Sequence record: PZ445526.1
Strand: one strand, 5' to 3'
DNA: 64,000 bases
Origin: a phage
In this document: one piece after another, positions 9,724 to 18,958 of the stretch
Layout of the letters: each line of letters opens with the position of its first letter
Numbering within the stretch: the stretch's first letter is position 1
Notes under the pieces: generated by a model
The model's input: only the letters and a program-made list of their open reading frames with translations
The model's database searches: none
What the model was told of the DNA's origin: nothing
Made by a program: the position numbers and the translations under genes

Positions 9724-10739
9724 TGTGTTGCCTCTACATATAACTGATTTGCATATTGAATAAGTGCTTCGCGATCAGAATCAGTGATGTCTGGAATTGC
9801 ATTAATGTATTCTTCCATCAATGTCTGAAGAGATTGAACTTCAACTTCTTCACTGTCATCTGACTCGACAGAGTTATCAATCTTTGACACAACTCGTAAC
9901 GAATGCACAACTTTTTCTAGTTCAGATTCGAACTTCGTCAGATTTTTGTCTACTTCAGTTACTATAACACGTACTGATAGATTTGTAAAATCTTTATAGT
10001 CAATTTTTCCTTTAAATGGATAATGAATTCTACGATGCCAGGTAGTATTGTTTGGAATAAATTCCATTCGTTCTGTTTCTGTATCAAACACCCAGAACCC
10101 ACGAGGGTCATTCTCGTCACCTGCAGTTAGTGTCCATGGTGTCCCAATATATCTGACGTTTGCAGCCTCAGAGATAGTATGGAAGTGACCAGACCACACT
10201 TCTTTATAAGTCTTAAGGAAATCAGGTTCAAGACCGTGAGATTTCATTCCTTTATAAAAATAAAATCCATTCAGTTCCCAGTGACCAACACAAAAAGAAG
10301 CAGATGAAGTTTTGATGTGCTCAAGAATTTCACCAGTATTTTCTTCACACATCCAAGGAATTAAATCAATTAAACATCCGTCAAAATCTACCGTAGTAGG
10401 CTTATCATATACTTTAACATTAGGATATTTAGCCAAAAGCTCAGTAGAGGCATTTGGATGCATTACATTTTTGTAGTGGAGATCGTGATTTCCTACAACA
10501 GTATGTAGGGTAATACCAGCATCATCAAGCATTTGAACTATTTCACGGGCGAACTCCATAGTTTTATGCGTGATTGCTTTTCGCACATCAAAAATATCAC
10601 CGTATTGAATCCATACCGTAATTCCATTTTTCTTAGAATATTCTATCGCTTGCTTAATTCCATCAATTTGAATACCGCGAATCCACTCATCATCAGCTTT
10701 AACGCCTAAATGCCAATCACCTAAATTTAAAATTTTCAT
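9720..10739 (-). CDS. 47: recombination/repair nuclease subunit, Mre11/SbcD-like phosphoesterase
   Basis: 339-aa ORF; calcineurin-like phosphoesterase motifs (GDWH, GDIFD, GNHD); T4 gp47-like. Confidence 0.9.
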   Translation of the reverse strand: MKILNLGDWHLGVKADDEWIRGIQIDGIKQAIEYSKKNGITVWIQYGDIFDVRKAITHKTMEFAREIVQMLDDAGITLHTVVGNHDLHYKNVMHPNASTELLAKYPNVKVYDKPTTVDFDGCLIDLIPWMCEENTGEILEHIKTSSASFCVGHWELNGFYFYKGMKSHGLEPDFLKTYKEVWSGHFHTISEAANVRYIGTPWTLTAGDENDPRGFWVFDTETERMEFIPNNTTWHRRIHYPFKGKIDYKDFTNLSVRVIVTEVDKNLTKFESELEKVVHSLRVVSKIDNSVESDDSEEVEVQSLQTLMEEYINAIPDITDSDREALIQYANQLYVEATQ

Positions 10740-10876
10740 ATATCAAGAACCGTCATTGAAATGCAAAATAAAATTATTGAAATAAATCCATCTAGAGTGC
10801 TAAAGAACCCAATCCAACATGCTCTAGTGAATAGATAAAATGCAAGAAAAAGTATCACATATCCAAGAAATATCAT
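10736..10876 (-). CDS. possible small hydrophobic peptide (46 aa)
   Basis: Minus-strand ATG at 10876 to TGA overlapping the gene 47 ATG; MIFLGYVILFLAFYLFTRACWIGFF...; below the ORF-track threshold. Confidence 0.3.
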   Translation of the reverse strand: MIFLGYVILFLAFYLFTRACWIGFFSTLDGFISIILFCISMTVLDI

Positions 10877-10900
10877 TATATCAAACTCCGTATAAAGCTA

Positions 10901-10917
10901 AAGGGCCGAAGCCCTTT
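10901..10917 (-). terminator. UUCG-tetraloop hairpin at the a-gt stop codon
   Basis: Minus-sense AAAGGGCUUCGGCCCUUU overlapping the a-gt stop, followed by a U-rich tract. Confidence 0.55.
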
Positions 10918-12118
10918 ATTTTGTAATAATGTCAAACTGTTCTTTAAAGCAGAAGCTTGAATCTTGGTGCTGATACAAAAATTCATATGCTTTTTCTCGC
11001 TCACGGTCATAAAGAGCTCGGTCAGATGACAGTTCTTTAATACGCTCGAGTGTTGATTCCATATCATTTTCATCAAACCAAATGATACCGCTATCATGCG
11101 AGGTCAAAGGAGTATTATCAACACGGAATTTTAAATTTTCGCCAGTAGATTTCCAAAATACCGGAATTGTTCCACATGCACCAAGCTCGAGATGAGTATA
11201 TTCTAAAGAACGTTGTAGATATTTTTTGTCCAACTTACTCAGCTGATAACCAAATCCGGATTTACTCATGCGTTCAAGCATTTCGCTATTTACATAACGG
11301 TCAAGAATTTGCGTTGGCAAATTAGGAGCAATTTTAATTTGGTCTACTTGATGAAGACGATAATACTCGTATGGAATTCCTTTTTCTTTAATAGGAATGA
11401 ACGCTGGAGAACGTTCCAGACCTTCCATAATAGTACTTAGTCCTGCAGGTTTAAGATGTTTTTCGTGAAAATCAAACATCTGGTAAAAACCTTTCCATGT
11501 AGTCGTACGACCAATCCAACGGTTGATATTCATGTTAATTTCAGAAACATCTTTCCAGTAGGTTGATCGAACCTTCGCAATATCCATAGGAGGCTGAAAG
11601 TTGTATACGGTCGGTGCTTCTTCAATATCATCAAACAGAGAAACTGTTTCTGGATACCATTCTTTCATCAAAACTTTATTAAAGTCACCATTATCAGAAT
11701 GGCTAAAAATAACATCAGCTCGACGAACAGTTTCTTCTAATCCCAAATTTCGACGCAAAGAAAGAGAAGAATGGTCATGTTGATAAACTACAACACGAAC
11801 CGAAGGTTTAATGTTATCAATAATTTTTTTATAGTTATTAATAGTGTCTTCTTCAACTGAAGTAGCAGGAACTGAATTGATAATTAGAATATCACAATCA
11901 TTTACCAGCTTAAGTGTTTTATCGTATTCTTTTGCCAATAAAACCGGAATTGAAAATGATTTATAATCATGTGCACAGTTACGAGTAAATGATTTATCTT
12001 TAGCATAAACCAAAGTTACTTCATGACCATTTTTAATAAACCAATCACGTTGCTCAAGAGAAAATTTAGTTACACCGCAACCTTCAAGACCTCGAGCCAT
12101 AAAAATACATACTTTCAT
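10916..12118 (-). CDS. a-gt: DNA alpha-glucosyltransferase
   Basis: 400-aa ORF MKVCIFMARGLEGCGVTKFSLEQRDWFIKNGHEVTLVYA...; closely resembles T4 alpha-glucosyltransferase as I recall it, same size and position after gene 47. Confidence 0.85.
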   Translation of the reverse strand: MKVCIFMARGLEGCGVTKFSLEQRDWFIKNGHEVTLVYAKDKSFTRNCAHDYKSFSIPVLLAKEYDKTLKLVNDCDILIINSVPATSVEEDTINNYKKIIDNIKPSVRVVVYQHDHSSLSLRRNLGLEETVRRADVIFSHSDNGDFNKVLMKEWYPETVSLFDDIEEAPTVYNFQPPMDIAKVRSTYWKDVSEINMNINRWIGRTTTWKGFYQMFDFHEKHLKPAGLSTIMEGLERSPAFIPIKEKGIPYEYYRLHQVDQIKIAPNLPTQILDRYVNSEMLERMSKSGFGYQLSKLDKKYLQRSLEYTHLELGACGTIPVFWKSTGENLKFRVDNTPLTSHDSGIIWFDENDMESTLERIKELSSDRALYDREREKAYEFLYQHQDSSFCFKEQFDIITK

Positions 12119-12142
12119 TTAATATCCTCTTTGTTTTGGTTT

Positions 12143-12167
12143 ATTTTACCAAAAATTTATAAAGCAA
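12143..12167 (-). promoter_or_regulatory. candidate middle promoter for a-gt
   Basis: Sense TTGCTTTA about 18 bp upstream of TAAAAT, about 25 bp before the a-gt ATG. Confidence 0.4.
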
Positions 12168-12169
12168 TA

Positions 12170-12187
12170 TAGGAGCCGAAGCTCCTA
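12170..12187 (-). terminator. UUCG-tetraloop hairpin
   Basis: Minus-sense UAGGAGCUUCGGCUCCUA immediately after the stop of the small ORF 12185..12358. Confidence 0.5.
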
Positions 12188-12358
12188 TCCACATAATACG
12201 CCATACAGAGGCTCGTTAGAACTTCTAAATTTTCTGCGCTTATATGTTATAGTTCCTTCTGCTTTAGCTTTATCATGAGACTCTTTAAAGCGTCTCATCA
12301 TTTCCTCTTTAGAGGAACTAATTTTATTATAATCTATTTCAGAAGTCTGGGTGTTCAT
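12185..12358 (-). CDS. possible small protein (57 aa)
   Basis: ATG at 12356-12358 (MNTQTSEIDYNKISSSKEEMMRRFKESHDK...); below the ORF-track threshold; followed by the hairpin. Confidence 0.35.
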   Translation of the reverse strand: MNTQTSEIDYNKISSSKEEMMRRFKESHDKAKAEGTITYKRRKFRSSNEPLYGVLCG

Positions 12359-12361
12359 CTT

Positions 12362-12568
12362 TCATAACTGCCACCATTTTTTAACTTGATAAGAATCAAC
12401 CCACACTTTCATATTAGGGTCTGCTCTTACAATAGGAGGATTAACTTCTTTAATTGAACTATCACGGTATTCTTTTTCAGAAATTTTCACACAAAGATGA
12501 CCATTCAAAGATTCAGTAAATCCTGCATTAATTTTAAGACGCTTGAATTTTACGTGTGTAAGCATCAA
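12362..12568 (-). CDS. hypothetical protein
   Basis: 68-aa track ORF in the operon-like packing between 55 and a-gt. Confidence 0.5.
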   Translation of the reverse strand: MMLTHVKFKRLKINAGFTESLNGHLCVKISEKEYRDSSIKEVNPPIVRADPNMKVWVDSYQVKKWWQL

Positions 12569-12851
12569 TCATATCCTCAATCTGCGATCTAGTAGTCTTC
12601 CAAAGAATACTAATGAGTTCATCGTTATATGGCTGTTTTAGAATATCCCGACTTTTCTTGATAGCATATTCGTATTGAGCAAAATTATTATTTTCAGCTG
12701 CAATCTGAGCGTGCTTATAAAGACGATTCAGTTCGCGTTTGTTTTTAGACAATAACTTATTTGCTTTTCTTTCTGCTTCAAGACGGTTCTTTTCTTCAAT
12801 AGAAGAAATAAGCTTTTCCACTTCATCATTAATTTCGGGTTTATCAGTCAT
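12534..12851 (-). CDS. hypothetical protein, predicted coiled coil
   Basis: 105-aa ORF, charged heptad-like sequence (EVEKLISSIEEKNRLEAERKANKLL...). Confidence 0.55.
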   Translation of the reverse strand: MTDKPEINDEVEKLISSIEEKNRLEAERKANKLLSKNKRELNRLYKHAQIAAENNNFAQYEYAIKKSRDILKQPYNDELISILWKTTRSQIEDMIDAYTRKIQAS

Positions 12852-12852
12852 A

Positions 12853-13071
12853 TTATTTCTCTAATATAAAATAAAAATCATCATCTGTTAAATGATACCG
12901 ATAGTTTAATTCTACACCATTAGATTTAAAAGCGGTATCATACGGATTTTCTGGATCAATATCAATGTCAAGAGCTAAAACTTCCCTGAGATACATTTTA
13001 AGTAAATAGGGAATAGCTTCAACTTCAGGTATTTCTTCCAAGAATCCGGAGAGGTTAATCGTTAGCCTCAT
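12853..13071 (-). CDS. hypothetical protein
   Basis: 72-aa ORF, start overlaps the gene 55 stop region. Confidence 0.5.
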
Positions 13072-13612
13072 ATAAAAAATCCAAACTAGGAGAATCGTCT
13101 ACAACACTTTTCTTTTCAGCCCCCGGTGTTCTATAGGTTGATTCTTCGTAATGCGTCATTTTATCGTAGATGTCTTGAATAAAAGTTTCATCTACTAACG
13201 CAACCATATCGTCGTCACGGCTGTCATAGACATTGTGAACGAAGTAACTATATTTCTTTGCAACTTCCTTACGTTCTTTTTTAATACGTTGGACGAATGC
13301 ATTAAAACAAGCTTGAGTTATATACGCATGTGGATTTTTATATTTCGTTTCATCAAAATTATGAAGCCCCTTAATAGAAGCTTCTATACCATCTGCAATC
13401 ATTTCTTGTTTCCAAGACTGGGTGTATCCTGAAAAGTTGAAACGTTTAGATAAGCCTTCTGCAATAAGCATAATGGCTAATCCGATAGTATCATTCTGAC
13501 GAACTACTTTATTTGGGTCTTTATTATTTGCTAATTCTGTTTTCCAATCAATAATAGCTTGTAAAAGCTCTTTATTGTTTACGTAATTATATTTAGGCTT
13601 AGTTTCTGACAT
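13055..13612 (-). CDS. 55: late-transcription sigma factor
   Basis: Start at internal ATG ([30 protein letters not shown]...), 185 aa; matches T4 gp55 as I recall it. Confidence 0.92.
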
Positions 13613-13690
13613 TTTCACCTCTTAGCTTAATTCATAGATCTATTATATCATAATATTTGAAGATCTATCTTAAAGCATAGAGGATATCAG

Positions 13691-13960
13691 TTATCTAAGT
13701 AAACAGTATGCTTGGAATACTTTTTCCATCATCTTTTTAAATTCATGAATATCTATATAATGACTAGTTAAATCAGCATGATATAAAAAGTCTAAAAACT
13801 TTTCATGTGTATTAACATATTCGCTTTCATTTAATTCAGAAACATGGCTTTCCCAATATCCAACACCAGTCTTATTTGGGAAAAATGAAATTTTCATGTA
13901 TTGGTCAACATAGAAAATGCCATAATTTTCAATAGTAATAGAAATATTAATAAATTTCAT
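13691..13960 (-). CDS. hypothetical protein
   Basis: 89-aa track ORF. Confidence 0.5.
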   Translation of the reverse strand: MKFINISITIENYGIFYVDQYMKISFFPNKTGVGYWESHVSELNESEYVNTHEKFLDFLYHADLTSHYIDIHEFKKMMEKVFQAYCLLR

Positions 13961-14172
13961 ACATTCATCAACTTAGCCGCTCCAAGAGCTGTATCTAGTG
14001 AATCAAATTGATCAACATATTCAATCAATTCGCCGTAATTGGCATATAACCACCATTGGCTAAATTCATACTCAAGGATGAATCCATTTCCTTCAATTTG
14101 AGTTAAACCATTGCCGTTTGTATTTACTTCATATCCGGCAAGACGCAAATCGTTAATAAGAGTTTCGTTCAT
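13957..14172 (-). CDS. hypothetical protein
   Basis: 71-aa track ORF, ATGA-type overlap with the downstream gene. Confidence 0.5.
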   Translation of the reverse strand: MNETLINDLRLAGYEVNTNGNGLTQIEGNGFILEYEFSQWWLYANYGELIEYVDQFDSLDTALGAAKLMNV

Positions 14173-14174
14173 AA

Positions 14175-14501
14175 TTATACCTTAGTAATTTTCAGGTCTG
14201 CAAATTTTTTCTTGCGTTGATTTTTCATGCGACGAATAGTTTTATCGGAAATTTCATGCTTTTGATAAGCTTTAGATTCTACACCAAAAGCTTTAACATC
14301 AAATTCTGACAAGATATATTGAACCATCAATTCGCGGACAGTGTTGCGTCCAATTTTCTGATCATTCTGTTTCATCGTCTGATGAAGCTCTTTTTCCCAT
14401 TTATCCAAAATTTGAGGAGTTACAATATCGCCTTTTTCTAGCAAAGAAACTACTTTATCATATGCGTAAGAATTGATGGCGTTTTTAATTTGAATAGTCA
14501 T
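14175..14501 (-). CDS. hypothetical protein
   Basis: 108-aa track ORF. Confidence 0.55.
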   Translation of the reverse strand: MTIQIKNAINSYAYDKVVSLLEKGDIVTPQILDKWEKELHQTMKQNDQKIGRNTVRELMVQYILSEFDVKAFGVESKAYQKHEISDKTIRRMKNQRKKKFADLKITKV

Positions 14502-14539
14502 ACATTATCCCCAATTACGTTAAAATTTTATTATCCAAA

Positions 14540-14555
14540 AAGGGCCGAAGCCCTT
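14540..14555 (-). terminator. UUCG-tetraloop hairpin
   Basis: Minus-sense AAGGGCUUCGGCCCUU just downstream of the stop of ORF 14554..14754. Confidence 0.5.
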
Positions 14556-14754
14556 AGCTAAACTTTTTTGCACCCTTCCAGCCTTCGTACATCATTGCGA
14601 CTGACAATGACAAAGCTCCTTCACATGCTGCATACTTATTATTCCAGAACCAATTTAGAAAAACTTCATCCTCAATACCATTGTGTTTCATGTTCTGGAA
14701 AAATTTGGCGCGTTCTTCAGCAATTCGCTGCGATAATTTAGATTCAGGATTCAT
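14554..14754 (-). CDS. hypothetical protein
   Basis: 66-aa track ORF. Confidence 0.5.
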   Translation of the reverse strand: MNPESKLSQRIAEERAKFFQNMKHNGIEDEVFLNWFWNNKYAACEGALSLSVAMMYEGWKGAKKFS

Positions 14755-14886
14755 TTAAATTTCCCAATTGCCATTTTCATCAATAAATTTAATCCAGTCA
14801 TTTACTGACCACTTAGTTGTATCGCCTTTTGGAGTAACATTTAAAGTATATAGCCCTTGCTTAAAAAGCATTCGTTTGATATTCAT
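14755..14886 (-). CDS. possible small protein
   Basis: Track ORF 14755..14970 overlaps the next gene; the internal ATG at 14886 (MNIKRMLFKQGLYTL...) fits the packing. Confidence 0.3.
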   Translation of the reverse strand: MNIKRMLFKQGLYTLNVTPKGDTTKWSVNDWIKFIDENGNWEI

Positions 14887-14893
14887 ATTTTCC

Positions 14894-15187
14894 TCAGCTG
14901 TAACGATAACACTCGTTTGATTTACGTTTAGCAACTCGTTGAGAAGTATTATAATCAAAATCATCATCAATGTAAACTGATTTTTTCAACTTTCTTACTT
15001 CACCGCGTAATTGACGATTTAACTCATCTTTAACTTCTGAATCAATACCTTTCATTCTACGCCATTTATCTGAGCGAAAAATGTTTTCAACCATATCTTT
15101 ATGACTTACACCATCAGGAGCTTTACGCTTTCCGAAATAGTCATAATCACGCACTTTTAAGTCTTTACGACGATACGTTTTACCCAT
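14894..15187 (-). CDS. hypothetical basic protein
   Basis: Track ORF 14894..15226; ATG at 15187 (MGKTYRRKDLKVRDYDYFGKRK...) overlaps the stop of the upstream ORF. Confidence 0.5.
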   Translation of the reverse strand: MGKTYRRKDLKVRDYDYFGKRKAPDGVSHKDMVENIFRSDKWRRMKGIDSEVKDELNRQLRGEVRKLKKSVYIDDDFDYNTSQRVAKRKSNECYRYS

Positions 15188-15362
15188 GGAGTTTAATTTC
15201 CTTAGCAACTGAACTAAATGCAGCACGATCGCAAATCATGCGTTTATGTAACTTGAGTATAATATAGCAAACTTCAAAACTATTTACATGAGTAACACGA
15301 ACAGCATTACCATTAATGAGATAATACTGTCCCTTTTTAATTTCTTTATCAACCATAACCAT
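15180..15362 (-). CDS. hypothetical protein
   Basis: 60-aa track ORF preceded by an early promoter (GTTTAC ... TATTAT) at about 15385-15415. Confidence 0.5.
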   Translation of the reverse strand: MVMVDKEIKKGQYYLINGNAVRVTHVNSFEVCYIILKLHKRMICDRAAFSSVAKEIKLHG

Positions 15363-15384
15363 ATCAATTCCTCAAAGGTAATTC

Positions 15385-15415
15385 ATATGTTAATAATACC
15401 ATAGTTTGAACTTGT
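15385..15415 (-). promoter_or_regulatory. T4-type early promoter
   Basis: Sense GTTTACAACAAGTTCAAACTATGGTATTAT upstream of the ATG at 15362; coordinates approximate. Confidence 0.5.
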
Positions 15416-15503
15416 TGTAAACAACTTTGTGAAAAATATTTTAGGGAATGATAAGAAAGGAACGATAGCTTAGAATGGTAATATACAGAATGTGAGAAAG
15501 AAA

Positions 15504-15517
15504 GGCCCAGAGGGCCC
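15504..15517 (-). terminator. terminator hairpin downstream of nrdH
   Basis: GGGCCC-UCU-GGGCC stem-loop followed by a U-rich tract in the minus-sense RNA, right after the nrdH stop. Confidence 0.5.
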
Positions 15518-15520
15518 GTC

Positions 15521-15829
15521 TTAATCTTCTATGATATCTCTATCATATCCAAGTGAAATGAGAGTTTCTTTGAAGTGTTTAATGTTCTTTTGTCTAGAAT
15601 CATTAATGAAAATGACTGGATAACGAATGTTAAGAGATGTGAATCCAGCGCGTTTAGCAAGAGATACAATCAGCGGACGATCATACTCAATCTTACCATT
15701 ATTTGTAAGAACTTTATAGAAAGTAAAAGGAGCATTGAGCTCCTTTAGAAGTTTTGTAACTGATTGACATCCAGGACAACGACCTACTTCATCTGGAATT
15801 CCATAGACTTCAATCTTATTTTGTTTCAC
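15521..15829 (-). CDS. nrdH: glutaredoxin/NrdH-like redoxin
   Basis: 102-aa ORF with CPGC active-site motif in a thioredoxin-fold context; sits next to nrdG/nrdD. Confidence 0.7.
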   Translation of the reverse strand: MKQNKIEVYGIPDEVGRCPGCQSVTKLLKELNAPFTFYKVLTNNGKIEYDRPLIVSLAKRAGFTSLNIRYPVIFINDSRQKNIKHFKETLISLGYDRDIIED

Positions 15830-15831
15830 AA

Positions 15832-16044
15832 CTATTCCTTACTAAGAGCAGCATTCAGCTTGTTAGTAATTTTATCCAGACGCTCACTGAACTCACTTGA
15901 AGATAAGCCCTTTTCTGGAGAAATTAAACTAATCACGAAAAATATAGCAATAAAAGGAATAAGGAAAATAGCTCCAACTGCCATAAACAGAAAGAATGTT
16001 ACAGTTGTAAGAAAATCAGCTAAACCTTTACGAAATTTATACAT
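15832..16044 (-). CDS. small membrane protein
   Basis: 70-aa ORF with a long hydrophobic segment (VTFFLFMAVGAIFLIPFIAIFFVISLI). Confidence 0.5.
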   Translation of the reverse strand: MYKFRKGLADFLTTVTFFLFMAVGAIFLIPFIAIFFVISLISPEKGLSSSEFSERLDKITNKLNAALSKE

Positions 16045-16162
16045 TTACCTTTACCTTTAATTGATTAACCAAGCATTAATAAGCACTAAACTATATTGTG
16101 AATAAAATTCTGGACCAAAATGAAAAATCATATCATTTATAGTATCCATAATATAATTCAAT

Positions 16163-16633
16163 TTAATCATGTTTCCACACCCCATCGGTATTTGACCAAA
16201 GTCGCTGATTATCTGATCCTCGCCACAGCTTTTTAGTCGGAAGATTTTTCTCATACTTCCCATCAATAATAACATCAACATATTTAAGCATTTCTAGTTG
16301 TTTAATATCTTCAAACTTATATCCTGTCCACAACCAAATGCTTTTATTGGGATAAAGATTTTTTACTGTTTGAACAATGCAATGAACAACATCTCGATTG
16401 TCAGGATAGAGAGGGTCTCCTCCAGTTATAGTTAATCCTTCTATATAATCATTATTCAAACATTCAATCAATTGTTCTAGTGTTTCACCAGTGAATGGAA
16501 TACCATTTCTAGCATTCCATGTTGATTTATTATAACACCCTTCGCATTTATGCAAACAACCTGTAACGAAAAGAACGACCCTGCATCCAGGGCCATTCAC
16601 AAAATCACAAGGATAAAATCTATCATAATTCAT
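16163..16633 (-). CDS. nrdG: anaerobic ribonucleotide reductase activating protein (radical SAM)
   Basis: 156-aa ORF; radical SAM cysteine motif CLHKCEGCYN; overlaps the nrdD stop. Confidence 0.9.
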   Translation of the reverse strand: MNYDRFYPCDFVNGPGCRVVLFVTGCLHKCEGCYNKSTWNARNGIPFTGETLEQLIECLNNDYIEGLTITGGDPLYPDNRDVVHCIVQTVKNLYPNKSIWLWTGYKFEDIKQLEMLKYVDVIIDGKYEKNLPTKKLWRGSDNQRLWSNTDGVWKHD

Positions 16634-18447
16634 TGGTGTTTAACCCTATGCATGATTTCTTTATTTTTACCGAGATTAAATCCGCGTTCGTTCGGATTTC
16701 CCAAATAACCACATGTTCTTCTTATTGTGTTCATCTTTTTAGGATCAGTTTCTCCACAAATAGAACAAACAAATCCGTTTTCAGTAGGAGTCATTTCATG
16801 GGTACTTCCACATGTAAAACATTTATCTACTGGCATATTAACACCAAAATAATCTAAATGTTGTGCAGCATAATCCCATACGGCCTCAAGACCCTTTAAG
16901 TTATTTTTCATATCAGGAAGTTCAACATAAGAAATGTGACCACCTGTCGCAATGAAATGATATGGTGCTTCACGAGAAATCTTTTCAAACGGAGTAATAT
17001 TTTCTTCTACTGAAACATGGAAACTGTTAGTGTACCAGCCTTTATCGGTAACATCTTTTACGCTTCCATATTTTTCTGTATCGAGTTTACAGAAGCGATA
17101 ACAAAGGTTTTCAGCAGGAGTCGAATATAAACTAAAAGCAAATCCAGTTCTTTCAGTCCACTGTTTAAGATGAGCATTCATTTTAGTTAAAATTTCCTGT
17201 CCAATATCACGACCGACAAGAATATTCAATTCATGAATACCAATGTATCCTAGGGACACTGAACTTCTACCGTTTTTAAATAACTCAATTACGTCGTCAT
17301 CAGGTTTAAGACGAACCCCGAATGCACCTTCTTGGTAAAGAATAGGAGCAACAGTCGCTTTAACTCCTTTTAAGGAACTAATTCTACACATCAAAGCTTC
17401 AAAACACAAATCCATTCGTTCATTGAATAATTCAACAAATTTATGTTCATTGAACTGTGTTCCAATATAAGAATCTAACGCGATGCGAGGAAGATTCAGT
17501 GTTACAACACCAAGATTATTACGTCCATCAAGAATTTCATTACCAGTCGAATCTTTCCATACGCTCAAGAAACTACGGCAACCCATTGGAGAAACAGGAA
17601 CAGATGAACCAGTGATAGCTTTATTATTCTTAGCTGAAATAATATCAGGATACATCCTTTTGCTTGCGCACTCTAGAGCAAGCTGCTTAATATCATAGTT
17701 CGGATCGTCTTTATAAAGATTAACGCCTTCTTCGACGAACATAACAAGCTTAGGAAAAATAGGAGTTATCCCATCACGACCGAGACCTTTAATACGATTT
17801 TTCAGAATTGCTTTCTGAATCATTCGTTCAGTCCAGTCAGTTCCCGTACCAAATGTAATTGTTACAAAAGGAGTCTGTCCGTTTGAACTAAAGAGAGTAT
17901 TTACTTCATATTCATAAGCTTGGAATGCATCGTATACGTCTTTTTCTGTTTTAGATTGAGCATAATTCAACGCATCAGCGATTTGCCATTTTTCTGCATC
18001 CTCAATATGTTTTGCATAGGTGCGTTTAACATAAGGAGAAAGTACTTTATCTACATTCGCAAAAGTCGTTCCGCCGTATTGGTGAGAAGCAACCTGTGCA
18101 GTAATTTGTGCCATAATTGCAGTAGCAACACCGATTGATTTAGGAGTTTCAATCTGTGCATTACCAAGCTTAAATCCATTCTCAAGCATTCCTTTTAAAT
18201 CTACTAAACAACAATTAGTAAATGGAAGAGCAGGGGAATAATCAATATCGTGGAAATGGATAATTCCGCTTTCATGCGCTTTCATAATAAAAGACGGGAC
18301 CATATTTTTGGCAATGTGTTTAGACACAATACCAGCCATAAGGTCCCGTTGAGTTGGAAAAACACGAGAATCTTTATTAGCATTCTCGTTTAAAAGGTCT
18401 TTATTAGTTTTATGAATCAATCCTTCAATTTCTTTTTCAATTGTCAT
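16630..18447 (-). CDS. nrdD: anaerobic ribonucleoside-triphosphate reductase (glycyl radical enzyme), uninterrupted
   Basis: 605-aa continuous ORF; C-terminal glycyl radical motif RTCGYLGNP and Zn-ribbon cysteines (CFTCGSTHEMTP...CSICG); no intron-sized interruption. Confidence 0.93.
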   Translation of the reverse strand: MTIEKEIEGLIHKTNKDLLNENANKDSRVFPTQRDLMAGIVSKHIAKNMVPSFIMKAHESGIIHFHDIDYSPALPFTNCCLVDLKGMLENGFKLGNAQIETPKSIGVATAIMAQITAQVASHQYGGTTFANVDKVLSPYVKRTYAKHIEDAEKWQIADALNYAQSKTEKDVYDAFQAYEYEVNTLFSSNGQTPFVTITFGTGTDWTERMIQKAILKNRIKGLGRDGITPIFPKLVMFVEEGVNLYKDDPNYDIKQLALECASKRMYPDIISAKNNKAITGSSVPVSPMGCRSFLSVWKDSTGNEILDGRNNLGVVTLNLPRIALDSYIGTQFNEHKFVELFNERMDLCFEALMCRISSLKGVKATVAPILYQEGAFGVRLKPDDDVIELFKNGRSSVSLGYIGIHELNILVGRDIGQEILTKMNAHLKQWTERTGFAFSLYSTPAENLCYRFCKLDTEKYGSVKDVTDKGWYTNSFHVSVEENITPFEKISREAPYHFIATGGHISYVELPDMKNNLKGLEAVWDYAAQHLDYFGVNMPVDKCFTCGSTHEMTPTENGFVCSICGETDPKKMNTIRRTCGYLGNPNERGFNLGKNKEIMHRVKHQ

Positions 18448-18917
18448 TTTAAACTCTTTCTAAGCTGCTTCTTGAATGAAGCTATTAATTGTGTTTTGGT
18501 GTCAGATTCATTATATTCAAATCCTCTTTGAAGCATCTCAGCCATCATTTCCTCTTTTCCTAAACGAGAAAATTCCTTTGATTTATCTCCAACGAAGTTA
18601 GGGTGAATATTATTTTGGGTGTAATCGGATTTTAAATAAGTAAGTAAATTTTCTAACCATTCAAGATAATCAACACCTTGTCCCTTTAAGCCAGAACGAT
18701 TAAATTTATGCTTCATTTGACCTTCTGCGGCATTGCAGAGATTACAAAGCAATCCACGTACCTTTCCTGCTTTTGGTCCATTTAATTCATGGTCATGGTC
18801 GAGGTGATTAGCTTGAACGTCAGGATTTAGTTCTCGTTGGCAAATTAAGCATTTACCGTTTTGTGCATCATAAAATTTCTGTTTTTCTTCTTTATATAAT
18901 TTGCCAGTCAATAACAT
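18444..18917 (-). CDS. 49: endonuclease VII (Holliday junction resolvase)
   Basis: 157-aa ORF MLLTGKLYKEEKQKFYDAQNGKCLICQREL... with Zn-binding cysteines and an HNH-like core; matches T4 gp49. Confidence 0.92.
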   Translation of the reverse strand: MLLTGKLYKEEKQKFYDAQNGKCLICQRELNPDVQANHLDHDHELNGPKAGKVRGLLCNLCNAAEGQMKHKFNRSGLKGQGVDYLEWLENLLTYLKSDYTQNNIHPNFVGDKSKEFSRLGKEEMMAEMLQRGFEYNESDTKTQLIASFKKQLRKSLK

Positions 18918-18958
18918 AATAAACCCTTACCTTAAATAGATAAGGGTATTTATTATTT

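Noticed and set aside
10876-11097. Track ORF 10876..11097 (73 aa) at the end of a-gt
   Set aside because: It overlaps the a-gt coding region in another frame; the a-gt frame is far better supported.
13630-13680. Direct repeat AGATCTAT ... AGATCTAT upstream of gene 55
   Set aside because: Only two short copies in an AT-rich promoter region; not enough to claim a binding site.
16630-18447. Search for a group I intron or homing endonuclease inside nrdD
   Set aside because: The reading frame is continuous at exactly the expected protein length with no insert-sized discontinuity or internal ORF; no intron is present.
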